Source of the DNA: Felis catus
Lineage: Eukaryota
Direction: 5' to 3'
DNA length: 64,000 nt
Assembly (NCBI RefSeq): GCF_018350175.1
Contig: NC_058383.1
Location: forward strand, 22,632,001 to 22,696,000
Shown here: positions 53,504 to 64,000 of the stretch, one piece after another
Position numbering within the stretch: the first letter of the stretch is position 1
How the letters are laid out: every line of letters begins with the position of its first letter
Notes under the pieces: model-generated
The model's database searches: none
The model's input: only the letters and a program-made list of their open reading frames with translations
Told to the model about the DNA's origin: nothing
Translations under genes and position numbers: made by a program

Positions 53504-53961
53504 GTAAGTGGGCAGATGGGCTGGACTGTTCCCTGGAGCCCCTCATTTATCCGTTCAGCTGACATTCAATAGCAGTCATGCTCTGGTTTGGGGGTACAAA
53601 GACAAATGAAACACGATCACTCCCTTCAGTCTCTCAGCAGATAGTATTTATGGAAGCACCTACTATGCAGAAGCACCGTTCTGGGTACAGTGGGCCCAGT
53701 AGTGAATGAAACATGCACTCTCCCTGCCTGTATGGAGCTGGCGGTTGATGGGGGGCCAATAGACATATCACCACGGGAAAACAGGCTCCTGGGACCCATC
53801 CTTGGCCACGGAAAGTAAAGACAACGCAATGCTAACTGTGCCCCTTCAGACGCAGGCAGCGGCACTGGGGTTGGCCTGGGGCGTAGCGCCTGCAGACTGG
53901 GGCTGGGCTTTAGTTCTTTAGGCAGTATAAGCAATAAGGCAGTTTCTCTTTTTGTTCTTAG

Positions 53962-54045
53962 CAAGGACCTCCGGTAGCTGAGATGATGGTGTCCTTGGGA
54001 GCGAAGGAAGTACGGGAACGAATACAGAAGGTGCTTTCCAGCTAG
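53962..54045 (+). CDS. EARS2: EARS2 exon 9 (to stop codon)
   Basis: Acceptor tttctctttttgttcttag|. Encodes QGPPVAEMMVSLGAKEVRERIQKVLSS*TAG. Confidence 0.95.
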   Translation, partial: QGPPVAEMMVSLGAKEVRERIQKVLSS

Positions 54046-54289
54046 AGAGAAGATATGACAGAGGAAGAGGCAGCCCTAGGAACCTGGACGTGTATGGAAA
54101 TTGCCTTCAGAGCAAAGCAGAAGGGGCCTGGGGTCCATCAGGAAGCTCACAGAAGGAATCCCGAGTGGAAACGGTCTCTGGGTGCACCCAGTGCGTTTAT
54201 GGCTTCCTCTCACCTCTTGCTTGGTTCTGACACCACATTACGCAGCACAGGTTAGGAGCTGGTTCACAAGGGCTTGTGTCATATTCAGC

Positions 54290-54655
54290 TCAGGCTCCCG
54301 TAATGGCTTAAACAAGAGAAAGTTAACTTCCTCACAGTTCTGGAGTCTGGAAGTCCCAAGTTCAAGGTGTCAGCAGATGTGGCTTCCCAGAGGCCTCTCT
54401 CCTTGGCTTGCCATTGGCCACCTTTTCTCTGTGTCCTCGCATGGTCTTTCCTCAGTGTGTGCTCTTGGTGTCTCTCTGGGTGTTCAGATCTCTTCTTATG
54501 AGGACACGGGTCAGATTGGATTAAGGCCTACCCTCATGGCCCAATTTTAACTTACCTCTTTAGAAGTGCTGTCTCCACACACAGTCACATTCTGAGGTCC
54601 TGGGGGTTAGGGCTTCGGCATAGGAGTGTTGAGGGGATGCAGTGCAGCCCCTAAC
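54290..54655 (-). mobile_element. MaLR (MLT1-type) solo LTR downstream of the EARS2 stop
   Basis: ggcttaaacaa...ttcctcacagttctggagtctggaagtcc...tcttcttatgaggacac...cagtcacattctgaggtcctgggggttagggcttc...cagccccta is characteristic MLT1 text. Confidence 0.75.
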
Positions 54656-55027
54656 AGCTTGGCATCTCCCTGGACTCACGGGTCGCAGTGTTCAGGCCCC
54701 GCTTGTAGGTGAAGCAGTAAAAGATGAATGACACCAGCAGGGCTGAACTGGATGGCAGACTCTCTGGGGCTTGTAAAAGAAGTGACCGTCTGCCGAGGGC
54801 GAGCACTACGCTTTATACCAGTCTTACACACTCTGCTTTGTCCTTGTATTCGGGCACCTGTGTCTCCTTCTCTAAAGGCCCTTTCTTCCTCTTTTCTAGT
54901 TCTCCAGACCTGGTCCTCGGACTGGAGACCTTCATCCCCCCTGTTTTACACCTTTTTCTTCATACCTACCTCCTCCTTCTGCCCATTCTTGTAAGTCATT
55001 GTCTGCAGGTTTCTGAAATAAGATGTT

Positions 55028-55148
55028 CTTTTTTTTTTTTTTTAACTTTTATTTATTTAAGTAATCTCTGCACCCACCATGGGGCTTGAACCCACAACCC
55101 TGAGATCAAGAGTCACATGCTCTTCCGACTGAGCCAGCCAGGTGCCCC
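55028..55148 (-). mobile_element. Short antisense CanSINE
   Basis: Poly-T tail and ...ccaggtgcccc head. Imperfect TSD ctgaaata. Confidence 0.87.
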
Positions 55149-55232
55149 TGAAATAGGTGTTTTCATTGGGGTGAATAGGAATAGCTAAAGAGAAAGGAGG
55201 ATGATGTCTGCCTATAAAAACTGTACTGGAAA

Positions 55233-55243
55233 AATAAAATAAA
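55233..55243 (+). terminator. Candidate EARS2 polyadenylation signal (overlapping AATAAA x2)
   Basis: First AATAAA hexamers I found downstream of the EARS2 stop. Use is not demonstrated, and another AATAAA lies near 55632. Confidence 0.35.
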
Positions 55244-56084
55244 AATTTGAAAAAGACCCTGCTGGGGCTCCTAAGCTTTTCCTGTATGGCAGCCAGCCTC
55301 CAAAATGTCCCCCAGTCATTCCGCCGTCCTAGAAGTCACATTGAGTAGGGCCGACTTGTGATGCCTCGTGGCTTCTGTCTTATCCTCTTGGATCCCTTGC
55401 TTTGTGGGAAGCCAACTTCCACATCACAAAGACACTCGGGCAGCCCTCTGAAGACATCCGTGGGACAGGGAACTGAGACTTCCTGCCCACAGCCATGTGA
55501 GCGAGTCATCTTGGAAGCAGGTCTTCCAAGCCCCGGTCAGGTGTTCAGACACCATCCTCCATGAAAGATCCTGAGCCAGAACCACTCAGCAAAGTTGCTG
55601 CTGAGTTTTGGACACACACAGGTTATAAGATAATAAACGTTTATGGTCTCAAGTCACTTGGTTTAGGGATAATTTGTCACCCAGCAATAGATAGCCTTTT
55701 GCCCAGGAGAGTAGGGAAAGGGGATTCAGGGTTTGTTATGCTTTGCGCAGTCCTAGTCTTCGCTTCAAAAAATACATCAGATGAAGTTCTTTGGTTGCAA
55801 GTAATAGAAACCAACTCTGCCAAACATAAGGTGATTGGAGACTATGGGTTTATGGAGAGTTTAAGTCCGTGGGAGAGTCAAGGAATCTATGAGAAAGCCA
55901 AAGAATCAGGGCTTGGAAAAGACAGGAATTGAGGGCACTCTGGTTATCGAGGCAGCAGGAGCTAATGGCCAGTCTTGTTCTTCAGTGGGGATGTCTGAAT
56001 CCTGGCTAGCTTTTTTGTTGCTGTGGTTTGTTTCCCTACTGTGTTTTCTCTTTTAGTTCTGGATGACTCATCTAAAGATTTTGA

Positions 56085-56445
56085 TTTTTTTTTTTTTAAT
56101 TTTATTTATTTTAAGTAATCTCTACACCCAAGGTGGGGCTCAAACTCACAACCTGGAGATCAAGAATTGCATGCTCTTCTAACTGAGCCACCCAGGTGCC
56201 TCTAAAAGATTTAGATTCTAAAAAGAGAGTGTCTTGGGGAGCCTGGGTGGCTCAGTCAGTTAAGCCTCTGACTCTTGATTTCAGCTCAGGTCATGATCTC
56301 ACCGTTCGTGAGTTCGAACCCCGCATCAGGCTCTGCTCTGACAGCACGGAGCCTGCTTGGGATTCTGTCTCCCTTTTTCTCTGTCTCTCCCTTGCTTGCT
56401 CTCTTTCTCTTTCAAAATAAATAAAAATAAAGTAAAAAAATAAAG
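56085..56445. mobile_element. Head-to-head CanSINE pair (- at about 56085-56200, + at about 56236-56445)
   Basis: Oppositely oriented tRNA-derived heads about 35 bp apart. Confidence 0.85.
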
Positions 56446-57954
56446 AGAGAATGTCTTTTTAGACACCAGCGGTTAGAACTGTGATTGTGTTGCCATTTGT
56501 TAGCCAGGAATAGGTAGTCCCTCAAGAATTATATCCAATGCAGGAAGAGTCATCCCCAAGGAAAAGTAAGAAGCTTTTTCCAGAAGAAGGGGTAATGAAG
56601 TAACAACAGGTATTTCCCGCAGAAGGAGATGCAGAATACTAATACTTAGGGTTTATCGTGCACATATGTGAGCCTCGACCACTGCTGTGCCTCATATTAT
56701 GCTGGTAAACATTGTAGTCCGTCCTTATTCAATTTCCAGAACCACATGAGGAAGGTAGTCTCATATCTGTGTTACAGGTAGGGAAACTGAAGCACAGAAG
56801 AGTTGATGAACTGTTCTGAGGTTATAGTATGAGGCAAAGCAAGGATTTAAACTCAGGCTTATGACAACCCAGAGCCCAAGGTCAACTCCTTACTGAGTGA
56901 TACATCAGAGCTTCTGTTTCTATGACACACGGGATGGTTACAAGGAACTCTGGCTCGTGAGTTGATAAAGCTGCTGCCACGTCCTCAGTTGGAGGAAGCC
57001 TGGGTTTTCAGACTGGGGGTTTTGCTCAAGACCGTGTGTGTGTGTGAAGGGATGTCACACATTTGAAATAACCTCAAGTCCGTCCCCCAGCACTTTTGAG
57101 AGCACAGTGAAGTGGTAAAGGCCACAGAGGCCAACTGTCTAGACTCAAAACCCAGTTCTACTGCCTACTTAACCATATCTGCTTTACCTCAGTTTCCTCA
57201 TCTGTAAAATGGGGATAACAATTGTTCATGTCTCAGAGTGGTAAGGGTTAAAATAGGTGATGTATGTAAAGTTCCAAAACTGTGCCTGGCACTTAAATGT
57301 TATCGATTACCATTGTCACCACCACCGGTAATTTCATTCTTAGAAATGGCGATCTTGGTTGCAAAACCTAGAAACACACTCAGACTAATTTAAGCCACAA
57401 AAGGAATTTGTTGAAAGAGGTAGGCTGTCATAGATCCAAAGGGGAGGGCTTCCAGCTGAACCTTACAAGAGCTTGAATCTGTATCTGCAAACCCACCAAA
57501 CCCACTCTTGTCCGTCTGAGACTGCAGTTTCTAACGTGTCTGCTCCCCTTGTCTTTCCTCTGCAGGCCGGCTTACTATATGAAATTATCTAGTGTACTTA
57601 TCCATAGTTACTGCCTGGCTTAACTCTAAAGAACCTGAGATTAGAACTGGCAGGAAGTTTGTCTCATTCTTGGTTATAACTGGTACCTGGCCTATTGCCT
57701 GACATGTAGTAGGGAATCAAGTGACAATCTTGTGAAGAAAATAAGAGCTCCATCCGTCAGACTAGTGTGTTCAGAAGTGACAGTCATCAGCTGGTCCAAC
57801 TCTGCCAAATTCTAAGTTTCCCAGCATTGCTTTCATTGCAAGCTTCTCTCCTGCAAGATATGCAATTGTAGTTAACAGTCTGGTCCACTGCCTGTAATTT
57901 GCTTTGAATCCATCTATCTATGATACATAGACTTTTAAAAAATATTTTATTTTG

Positions 57955-58316
57955 GGGGCACCTGTGTGGCTCAGTTGGTTAAGCATCTGACTTCAGCTTA
58001 GGTCATGATCTCACAGTTTGTGGGTTTGGGCCCCTCATTGGGCTCTGCTGAGAGCTCAGAGCCTGGAGCCTGCTTTGAATTCTGTGTCTCCCCCTCTCTC
58101 TGCTCCTCCCCCACTCATGCTCTGTCTCCCTCTCTCTCCTTCAAAAATAAATAAAAACATTAAAATATATATATATATTTATATTTATATTTATATTTAA
58201 CTTTTTTAAAGAGAAATGTTATTTTTAAGTAATCTCTACACCCAACATGGGACCCAAACCCACAACCCCAGAGTCCAGGGTCACATGTTGCACCGACTGA
58301 GGCAGCCAGGCACCCC
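57955..58316. mobile_element. Tail-to-tail CanSINE pair (+ at about 57955-58200, - at about 58220-58316)
   Basis: Heads at both ends with a (TA/TTTATA)n tail between. gatacatagactttt-like repeats flank the unit. Confidence 0.83.
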
Positions 58317-60823
58317 TCTGTGAGACATAGACTTTTGACACAGACTCTAAAGTAAAGGATGGGGACAAATGGAATAGTTCAATATAGAAGGATGTGCAGT
58401 GGGAACTAAAATTGGATGTAGTATATTCACCAGTTAATATATTTGTCTAATGACATAATTCCTACCTTCCCAGGGACTAGAGTGATGAGTACTTAGAAAG
58501 TGAGGACCTCTGAGTGATAGCAGGGTCCAGAGAGAGAGGCTTTTAATCTGTTCAGAGGTGCCAGAAGGCTTTACAGATAAACTGACCTTTGAACTGGGTC
58601 CTAAGGGATGTGTAGGAGTTTCCCAGGTCTGTGAGGGTTGGAAGGGTATTCCAAGCAGAAGGAGGAAAGGGGAACTTCACAAAGGTGGGCATGATTGGAA
58701 CTAAGGGTAGGAGTTGAGGGGGCGTCAAAGTGGCTGAGAAAACAGGCAGAGGGAAATTCCAAATGGCCCTTCTTTGCCAGGTTAAGGGTATCAGTGTGCC
58801 GTCTGATGCAAAAAAAAAACAAACACAAAACCAAAAAACCCAGATTCAAACCAGCTTAAAACAAGATTTAGTATTTCACGTGACAGGAAGTTCAGGGGTA
58901 AGGCAGGCTCTAGGGTTGGTTAATTAAACGTTCAGGACGTCAGTAAGGACCCAGGGTCTTTCCATCTCTACTATATTGGCCTCAGCCAATAGCCTCTGGT
59001 TGATTGCTTCTGCTTGCAATTAATTGGCTGGCTTAAGTGGTTGGGCCTCTCTGCACTTCCTCCTTCATGTCTTGTCAGCAATAGTGGCTTTCTGTGACTC
59101 TCTCTCTAAAAGTAAGGGAACTTCTCCAAGCACCCTTCACGGCTCTCCTTCCCCATTCTTGAACTTCTGGGGAAGTAGGAGAGACATCCTCATAGATCAG
59201 TCAGACCCAGAGCTGGGGGCAGGGCCAGCTCTTCCCTGAGGTACATGGCGGGGTTGGGGAACAGTGGGCACCTGAACAAAGTGGGGGTTCAGTTAGTGAA
59301 GACATGAATTAAGTCTTTGGGAGGTGGAAGGTGAGGAGCCATTGAAATGTTTTGAGCAGGGAAGGGACACGATCAGGTTTGTGGGTTATTGGAAAGATGG
59401 TTTTGGCAGCTTTGCTGCAGAGATTTGAGCAGAACCAGACCTGGTGGGAGAGGATTAGAAAATGAGGCATGAGGAGAGCTTTTATCATGATGAAGCCATG
59501 CATCCTTATCACAGCCTCATCCGTTACTGCCCCTCACGTGCCCTCTTGTCTGGCCTCCAGCCACATATGCCCTCCCGAGGGCCCTAGGCATGTCTCCTTC
59601 CTGCCTTCGTGCTAACTATGTTCTCTGTGACTGGAAGGCGAGTCCAACCCGCTCTTCTCTGGCTTTGCCTGGTCACCTTTTTCTTAGCCTTCAGATCCCA
59701 GCCCGGCTATCACCTCGGGGAGACCTTTGACTTCCTCCCAGAAGGTCTTCCTGTTGTCGTTAATCATCAGCACCCTATTCTTTTCCAAAGCACGCAATTG
59801 GAATCGATTGCGTAACTAATTGTGTATGTAAGCAATTCTGCACTTATTTGTTAGTGTCAGACTGGAGAGTCCACGAGAACAGGGGCCTCTTGTGTCTTCA
59901 CCATTGTACCCCTAGTGCTGAGAATGGCACTGGTTCACTGGTGGGTGCTTAGTAGATACCGTTGAGTAAAAGGCCAGATTTGCCTCTGATTAAGTTGGAT
60001 GGTAAGGGTGAGCAGTCAAGTGCACAGGCGCTGGCGTTGCCAAAGTCGCTATGTTTAGTTTGAATACTGACTTGCAGTGTGCAGGAACTTCACATCATTT
60101 GTGGCTACTATTTTCATTAGTGAATCACAGGAAATGAATTTTTTTTTTTTTTTTTTTTTTTTTCTAATTTAGAAGTCAGTACAAGTTTGTCTTGGCATTC
60201 ATGCTTATTATGATGCCCTGGGGATCTCCAGCTTATCCCGCATAGCTGGGCCAAATGTTAGGGCCATGGCCTTTCCCTCTGGGCTGGAGTCCCCTCCGCT
60301 CTGCCCACTACCACCCCTCCCCCAATCCTGATTGCAGTAGGACAGCCCAGCCAAGGAAGGGAGGCCTTCTTTACCTGGAGAACCCCTCTAAACTGAATCC
60401 ATTTAATCCTGTCTTTATTCATTCACTTGACGAATACCTATCGTGTGCTAGGCCCTGTTAGGCCTGGAAATGTGGAGAGGAATAATAAGGGCTCATTAAT
60501 TACAGATGCTCAGTCCACAGGTATTTCTCACCCCCAATTATTTATATACTTATATGTGTATGTGTGTCTTTACATTTATTTGTTAAGTTTGAAAAGAACA
60601 GAGAACGAAAGAGAAGGTCCCCACCTCAAAGAGATGAGAGTCTCATGTGAGACTAACAATTACAATAATGTAAGTGTGGAGGTGATGGTGGAGAGGCCAT
60701 CAAAGTGGTATAAGGATATGGATATCCAGGGGCAGGTGGAGGAAGCCAGTGGGGAACGCTTTCTTTAGAAGGAGTTGGGTTTTTGCCTTTTAATTTTGAT
60801 TTCAGATAAATAGTGAATATTTG

Positions 60824-61023
60824 TTTTAATGTTTATTTATTTTTGAGGGAGAGAGCACGCAAACAGGGGAGGAGAAGAGAGAGAGGGAGACACAGAATCT
60901 GAAGCAGGCTCCAGGCTCTGAGCTGTCAGCACAGAGCCTGATGCGGCGCTCAAACTCACAATTGCAAGATCATGACCTGAGCCAAAGTCGGATGCTCAAC
61001 TGACTGAGCCACCCAGGTGCCCC
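60824..61023 (-). mobile_element. Antisense CanSINE
   Basis: Canonical body and ...ccaggtgcccc head. Confidence 0.9.
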
Positions 61024-61799
61024 ATGAATAATTTTTTTTTAGTATAAGTAAGTCCCATGCAATGTTTAGGACATACTCGTGCTAAAAAATTGTTTGTCTG
61101 AAATTCAGATTTAGCTGGGCTTCCTCTATTTTTATTGGCTAAATCTGGCAGCCCAATGCTGAGGTAGTTTGACAGGATGTTGAGATTGTTCCAGGCTGAG
61201 GGAACAGGACAAGCAAAAGAAAGGACTCAAGGTACAATTAGCCCCATCTGGTGCAGAGAGCTAGCTAGGGAGAGCCAGAGGATTCCGGCTCCACCAATAA
61301 TTATTTTGCATCTATAAAGTGCCAGAAGTTCAGTGATCTATGAACCCAACCACTACTCTGAACTCCCAATACACTTCCTTACTGCCCACTTATTACCTTT
61401 CGGTTGTGGTCCCTAGACCAGTGATCGGCATCAGCATCGCCTGGGGACTAGTTAGAAAGATTCTTGGACCTCACCCCAGACCCACTGAATTAGAAACTGT
61501 GTGGCCCTGCGTTATGTGTTTCAATAAGCCCTTCAGGTGATGCAAATACCAGTTGGAAAACTACTGATCTACATGTCAAAATATTAAATGAGTGGAGTTG
61601 TTTAAAATCAGGAACCGGGTGTAAGAAATATTTAGGAAGTGATGGATAGTTCCTAGCTGATGAACTCCTGCCCCTCTACAGGGCCCAGTCTCTAGTCATC
61701 GCCAGACATTTGTTGCAGTGAGGAAGCCCAGCTGTAGTGTTGCCAGGTGTTTAGAATTTTTAAGAGATGGGCATGTGTTAAAGATTTTATTTGACTCCA

Positions 61800-62012
61800 G
61801 GGGCGCCTGGGTGGCTCAGTCAGTTGAGCGTCCGACTTCGGCTCAGGCCATGATCTCAATGGTTCGTGAATTCGAACCCCACGTCGGGCTCTGTGCAGAC
61901 AGCTCGGAGCCTGGAGCCTGCTTTGGATTCTGTGTCTCCCTCTCTCTCTGCCCCTCCCCAGCTTGCACTCTGTCTCTCCCTCTCTCAAAAATAAATAAAC
62001 ATTAAAAAAAAA
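61800..62012 (+). mobile_element. CanSINE with a clear TSD
   Basis: Canonical body. TSD aaagat(t/c)ttatttgactc. Confidence 0.92.
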
Positions 62013-62344
62013 AGATCTTATTTGACTCTTTAATGAAGACACTGATGAGATGTTACAGCCAGTTCAAAGGAGAATCCAAAGTACAGACACATTTATAGCT
62101 CAGGAATATCGAAATGAACGTGCAGATGGAGACAAACTGGTTTTTCCACATGGAGAGGGTTGTATCTTCCTGGGACAGAATTCATTTGCATGCCTATAGA
62201 CAGTAACTTTTCATTGCTTTTATTTAACCTACAGCTTTCAGAGATGTAACATAATTCCCAAAGAACCAGAAAAAGATAACAGAAGGATGTGCTATAGACA
62301 ATGCAGTTTTCATTGAAATACAAAATGTCTCCTATATGAATAAT

Positions 62345-62742
62345 GTTCTAGTTGGAAGGTGTCTCCTAAAATTCTTGTTGAAGCTCTAACTCCCAATGTG
62401 ATGGTATTTGGACCGGGTTGGCTTTGGGAGTTAATTAGGTTTAGATGTGGTCACAAGGGTGGGGTGCTCATGAAGGGATTAGTGTCTTTATAAGAGAACG
62501 AGACCACGGGACTGCTTTCTCCCTCTTCCCTCTCTTCCCACCTCCCTCCGCTCCCTCCTCTCCCCCCACTTTGTGAGCACACAGCATGAAGACAGCCCTC
62601 TGCAGACCAGGAAGTGAGGCCTTACCAGGGACCCAATCTGCAGCACCTTTGGACTTCCCAGCCTCCAGACCTGTGAGAAATGTCTGTTGTTTAGGCCACC
62701 CTGTCTGGGATATTGTGTTATAGCAACTTGTTTACTAAGACA
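62345..62742 (+). mobile_element. MaLR (MLT1-type) solo LTR
   Basis: tcccaatgtgatggtatttgg...gggattagtgtctttataagag...ggacttcccagcctccagacctgtgagaaat...tgttatagcaac...actaagaca. Confidence 0.75.
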
Positions 62743-62760
62743 GGTAAAAGGTTTAGCATA

Positions 62761-62973
62761 GGGGCACCTGGGTGGCTCACTTGGTTAAGCATCCGACTTC
62801 GGCTCAGGTCATGATCTCACGGTTCATTGGTTTGAGCCCCGCATCGAGCTCTGTGCTGACGGCTCAGATCCTGGAGTCTGCTTCAGATTCTGTGTCTCCC
62901 CCTTTCTCTGCCCTTCCCCTGCTCACGCTGTTTCTCTCTATCTCAAAAATAAATAAACATTAAAGAAAAAAAA
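62761..62973 (+). mobile_element. CanSINE
   Basis: ggggcacctgggtggctc head and aaataaataaacattaaa tail. Confidence 0.9.
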
Positions 62974-63139
62974 AGGTAGCGTAGAAGCAGGCATACAGTA
63001 AACGTGTCATTTCTTTGTCCTGCAGAGCCCTTTTGTGACAGTTTCCATATAGAAGGGTGCTATGGGCAGCAATCTGCCAGCAGGAGATGTGTGTGGCTAG
63101 GCTTATTTTGAAACAGCACAACGGTTGTACTTCACTTAG

Positions 63140-63620
63140 ATTGTGTATTTATTTGGGGTAGGGATATCACTGGGCCGAAAGGGTGCCAAGAGCAAGCACC
63201 TAGCTCTGGAGGTCCCAAACAGACCAGGTCTGGCCATTCGCTGCTGACAAAATCCAAAAGCAGAGAGCCAAGGGGGGTAGGAGGAGAGTGAAACAAGAAA
63301 GGGATTTATTTCTGCGAGAACAACACGGAGAAGAGAGCCGTGTAACATCTCAAAGACTGTCTCCCAAGTGCCAAAAGCACTTCCAGGTTTAATGTAAGGA
63401 AAATGTGGGACAAAGGTCGGTGGGTACGTGCAAGTGGGCACTGAAGATCAGGTCACGATTGTCTTAGGGTCAGGCAGGACGGGTCTTGCTGGCTCAGGGT
63501 GGTCCTTCTTGCTTGAGGGGGTAGTTTTGTTTTCCATCACGGGATGCTTTCCTCACTGGGGCCTTTTGCCTGTTAAGAGCTTGATCAATGAGAAAGTTTG
63601 AGGTCAAAATTAGAAAGGTT
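63140..63620 (-). mobile_element. Probable ERV-type LTR fragment
   Basis: The - strand has a TATA-like element, then AATAAA (tttatt near 63305), then a pyrimidine-rich U5-like stretch. Family not identified and boundaries approximate. Confidence 0.4.
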
Positions 63621-64000
63621 GATGTACTCTTTCAGAGAGGGGACAAAGCCCCACAGCTACCTCTTACTGCTTCTAGGGTTCATTTGGCCATTCAACAAAT
63701 ATTTATTGGCACCTGGGGTTATAGAAGCATACAGAGTTTTTGCTTTTATTAGTGGGGCAAAACAGACAATGGAGTATCGACAATTTGTGCTTGGAAGGAA
63801 AATTATGCATTGCCTTTCTTCGTGGCACAGACATCTCACAAGGCGGTTACTCATAGATGAATGATAGTGATGCAAGTTATTCAGCGGGCTGGACAGACAA
63901 CCCTCACTGCTGATGGAAAAGCTGGTTTTGTGTCCCTTTGTCCATGTGTTCCAACATTCCGTTATTCTGTATAAATTTACCTTTTTAAGCTTTTTTGGTT

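Noticed and set aside
56450..64000. Search for a further gene (for example the next syntenic neighbour) downstream of EARS2
   Set aside because: Only SINE, MIR, L2-like and LTR remnants were seen. No exon, CpG island or recognisable coding sequence lies within the window.

Overview
This is mammalian genomic DNA, almost certainly from a feliform carnivore (cat-like), judged by the abundant tRNA-derived CanSINE/SINEC_Fc-type elements. It holds three complete spliced nuclear genes in the conserved mammalian order. NDUFAB1 (+, mitochondrial acyl carrier protein) has 4 coding exons plus a 3'UTR exon and encodes 154 aa. UBFD1 (-) has 7 coding exons and encodes 310 aa. EARS2 (+, mitochondrial glutamyl-tRNA synthetase) has 9 coding exons and encodes 523 aa. 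UBFD1 and EARS2 are head-to-head on a shared CpG island, and NDUFAB1 and UBFD1 are convergent. All exons were reconstructed by hand with GT-AG boundaries and consistent phases. Most ORF-track entries are spurious or SINE-derived. I see no novel multi-gene system. Three observations stand out. (1) An antisense SINE inserted at the EARS2 exon 8 3' splice site, and its target-site duplication copied the acceptor; only the new downstream copy preserves the reading frame. (2) EARS2 intron 7 contains a TMEM147 processed pseudogene that is 3'-truncated rather than 5'-truncated, and its TSD was re-targeted by a later SINE. (3) The SINE-free interval between NDUFAB1 and UBFD1 may hold a decayed gene remnant, which is speculative. 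Repeat family names and boundaries come from recognition by eye and are approximate.
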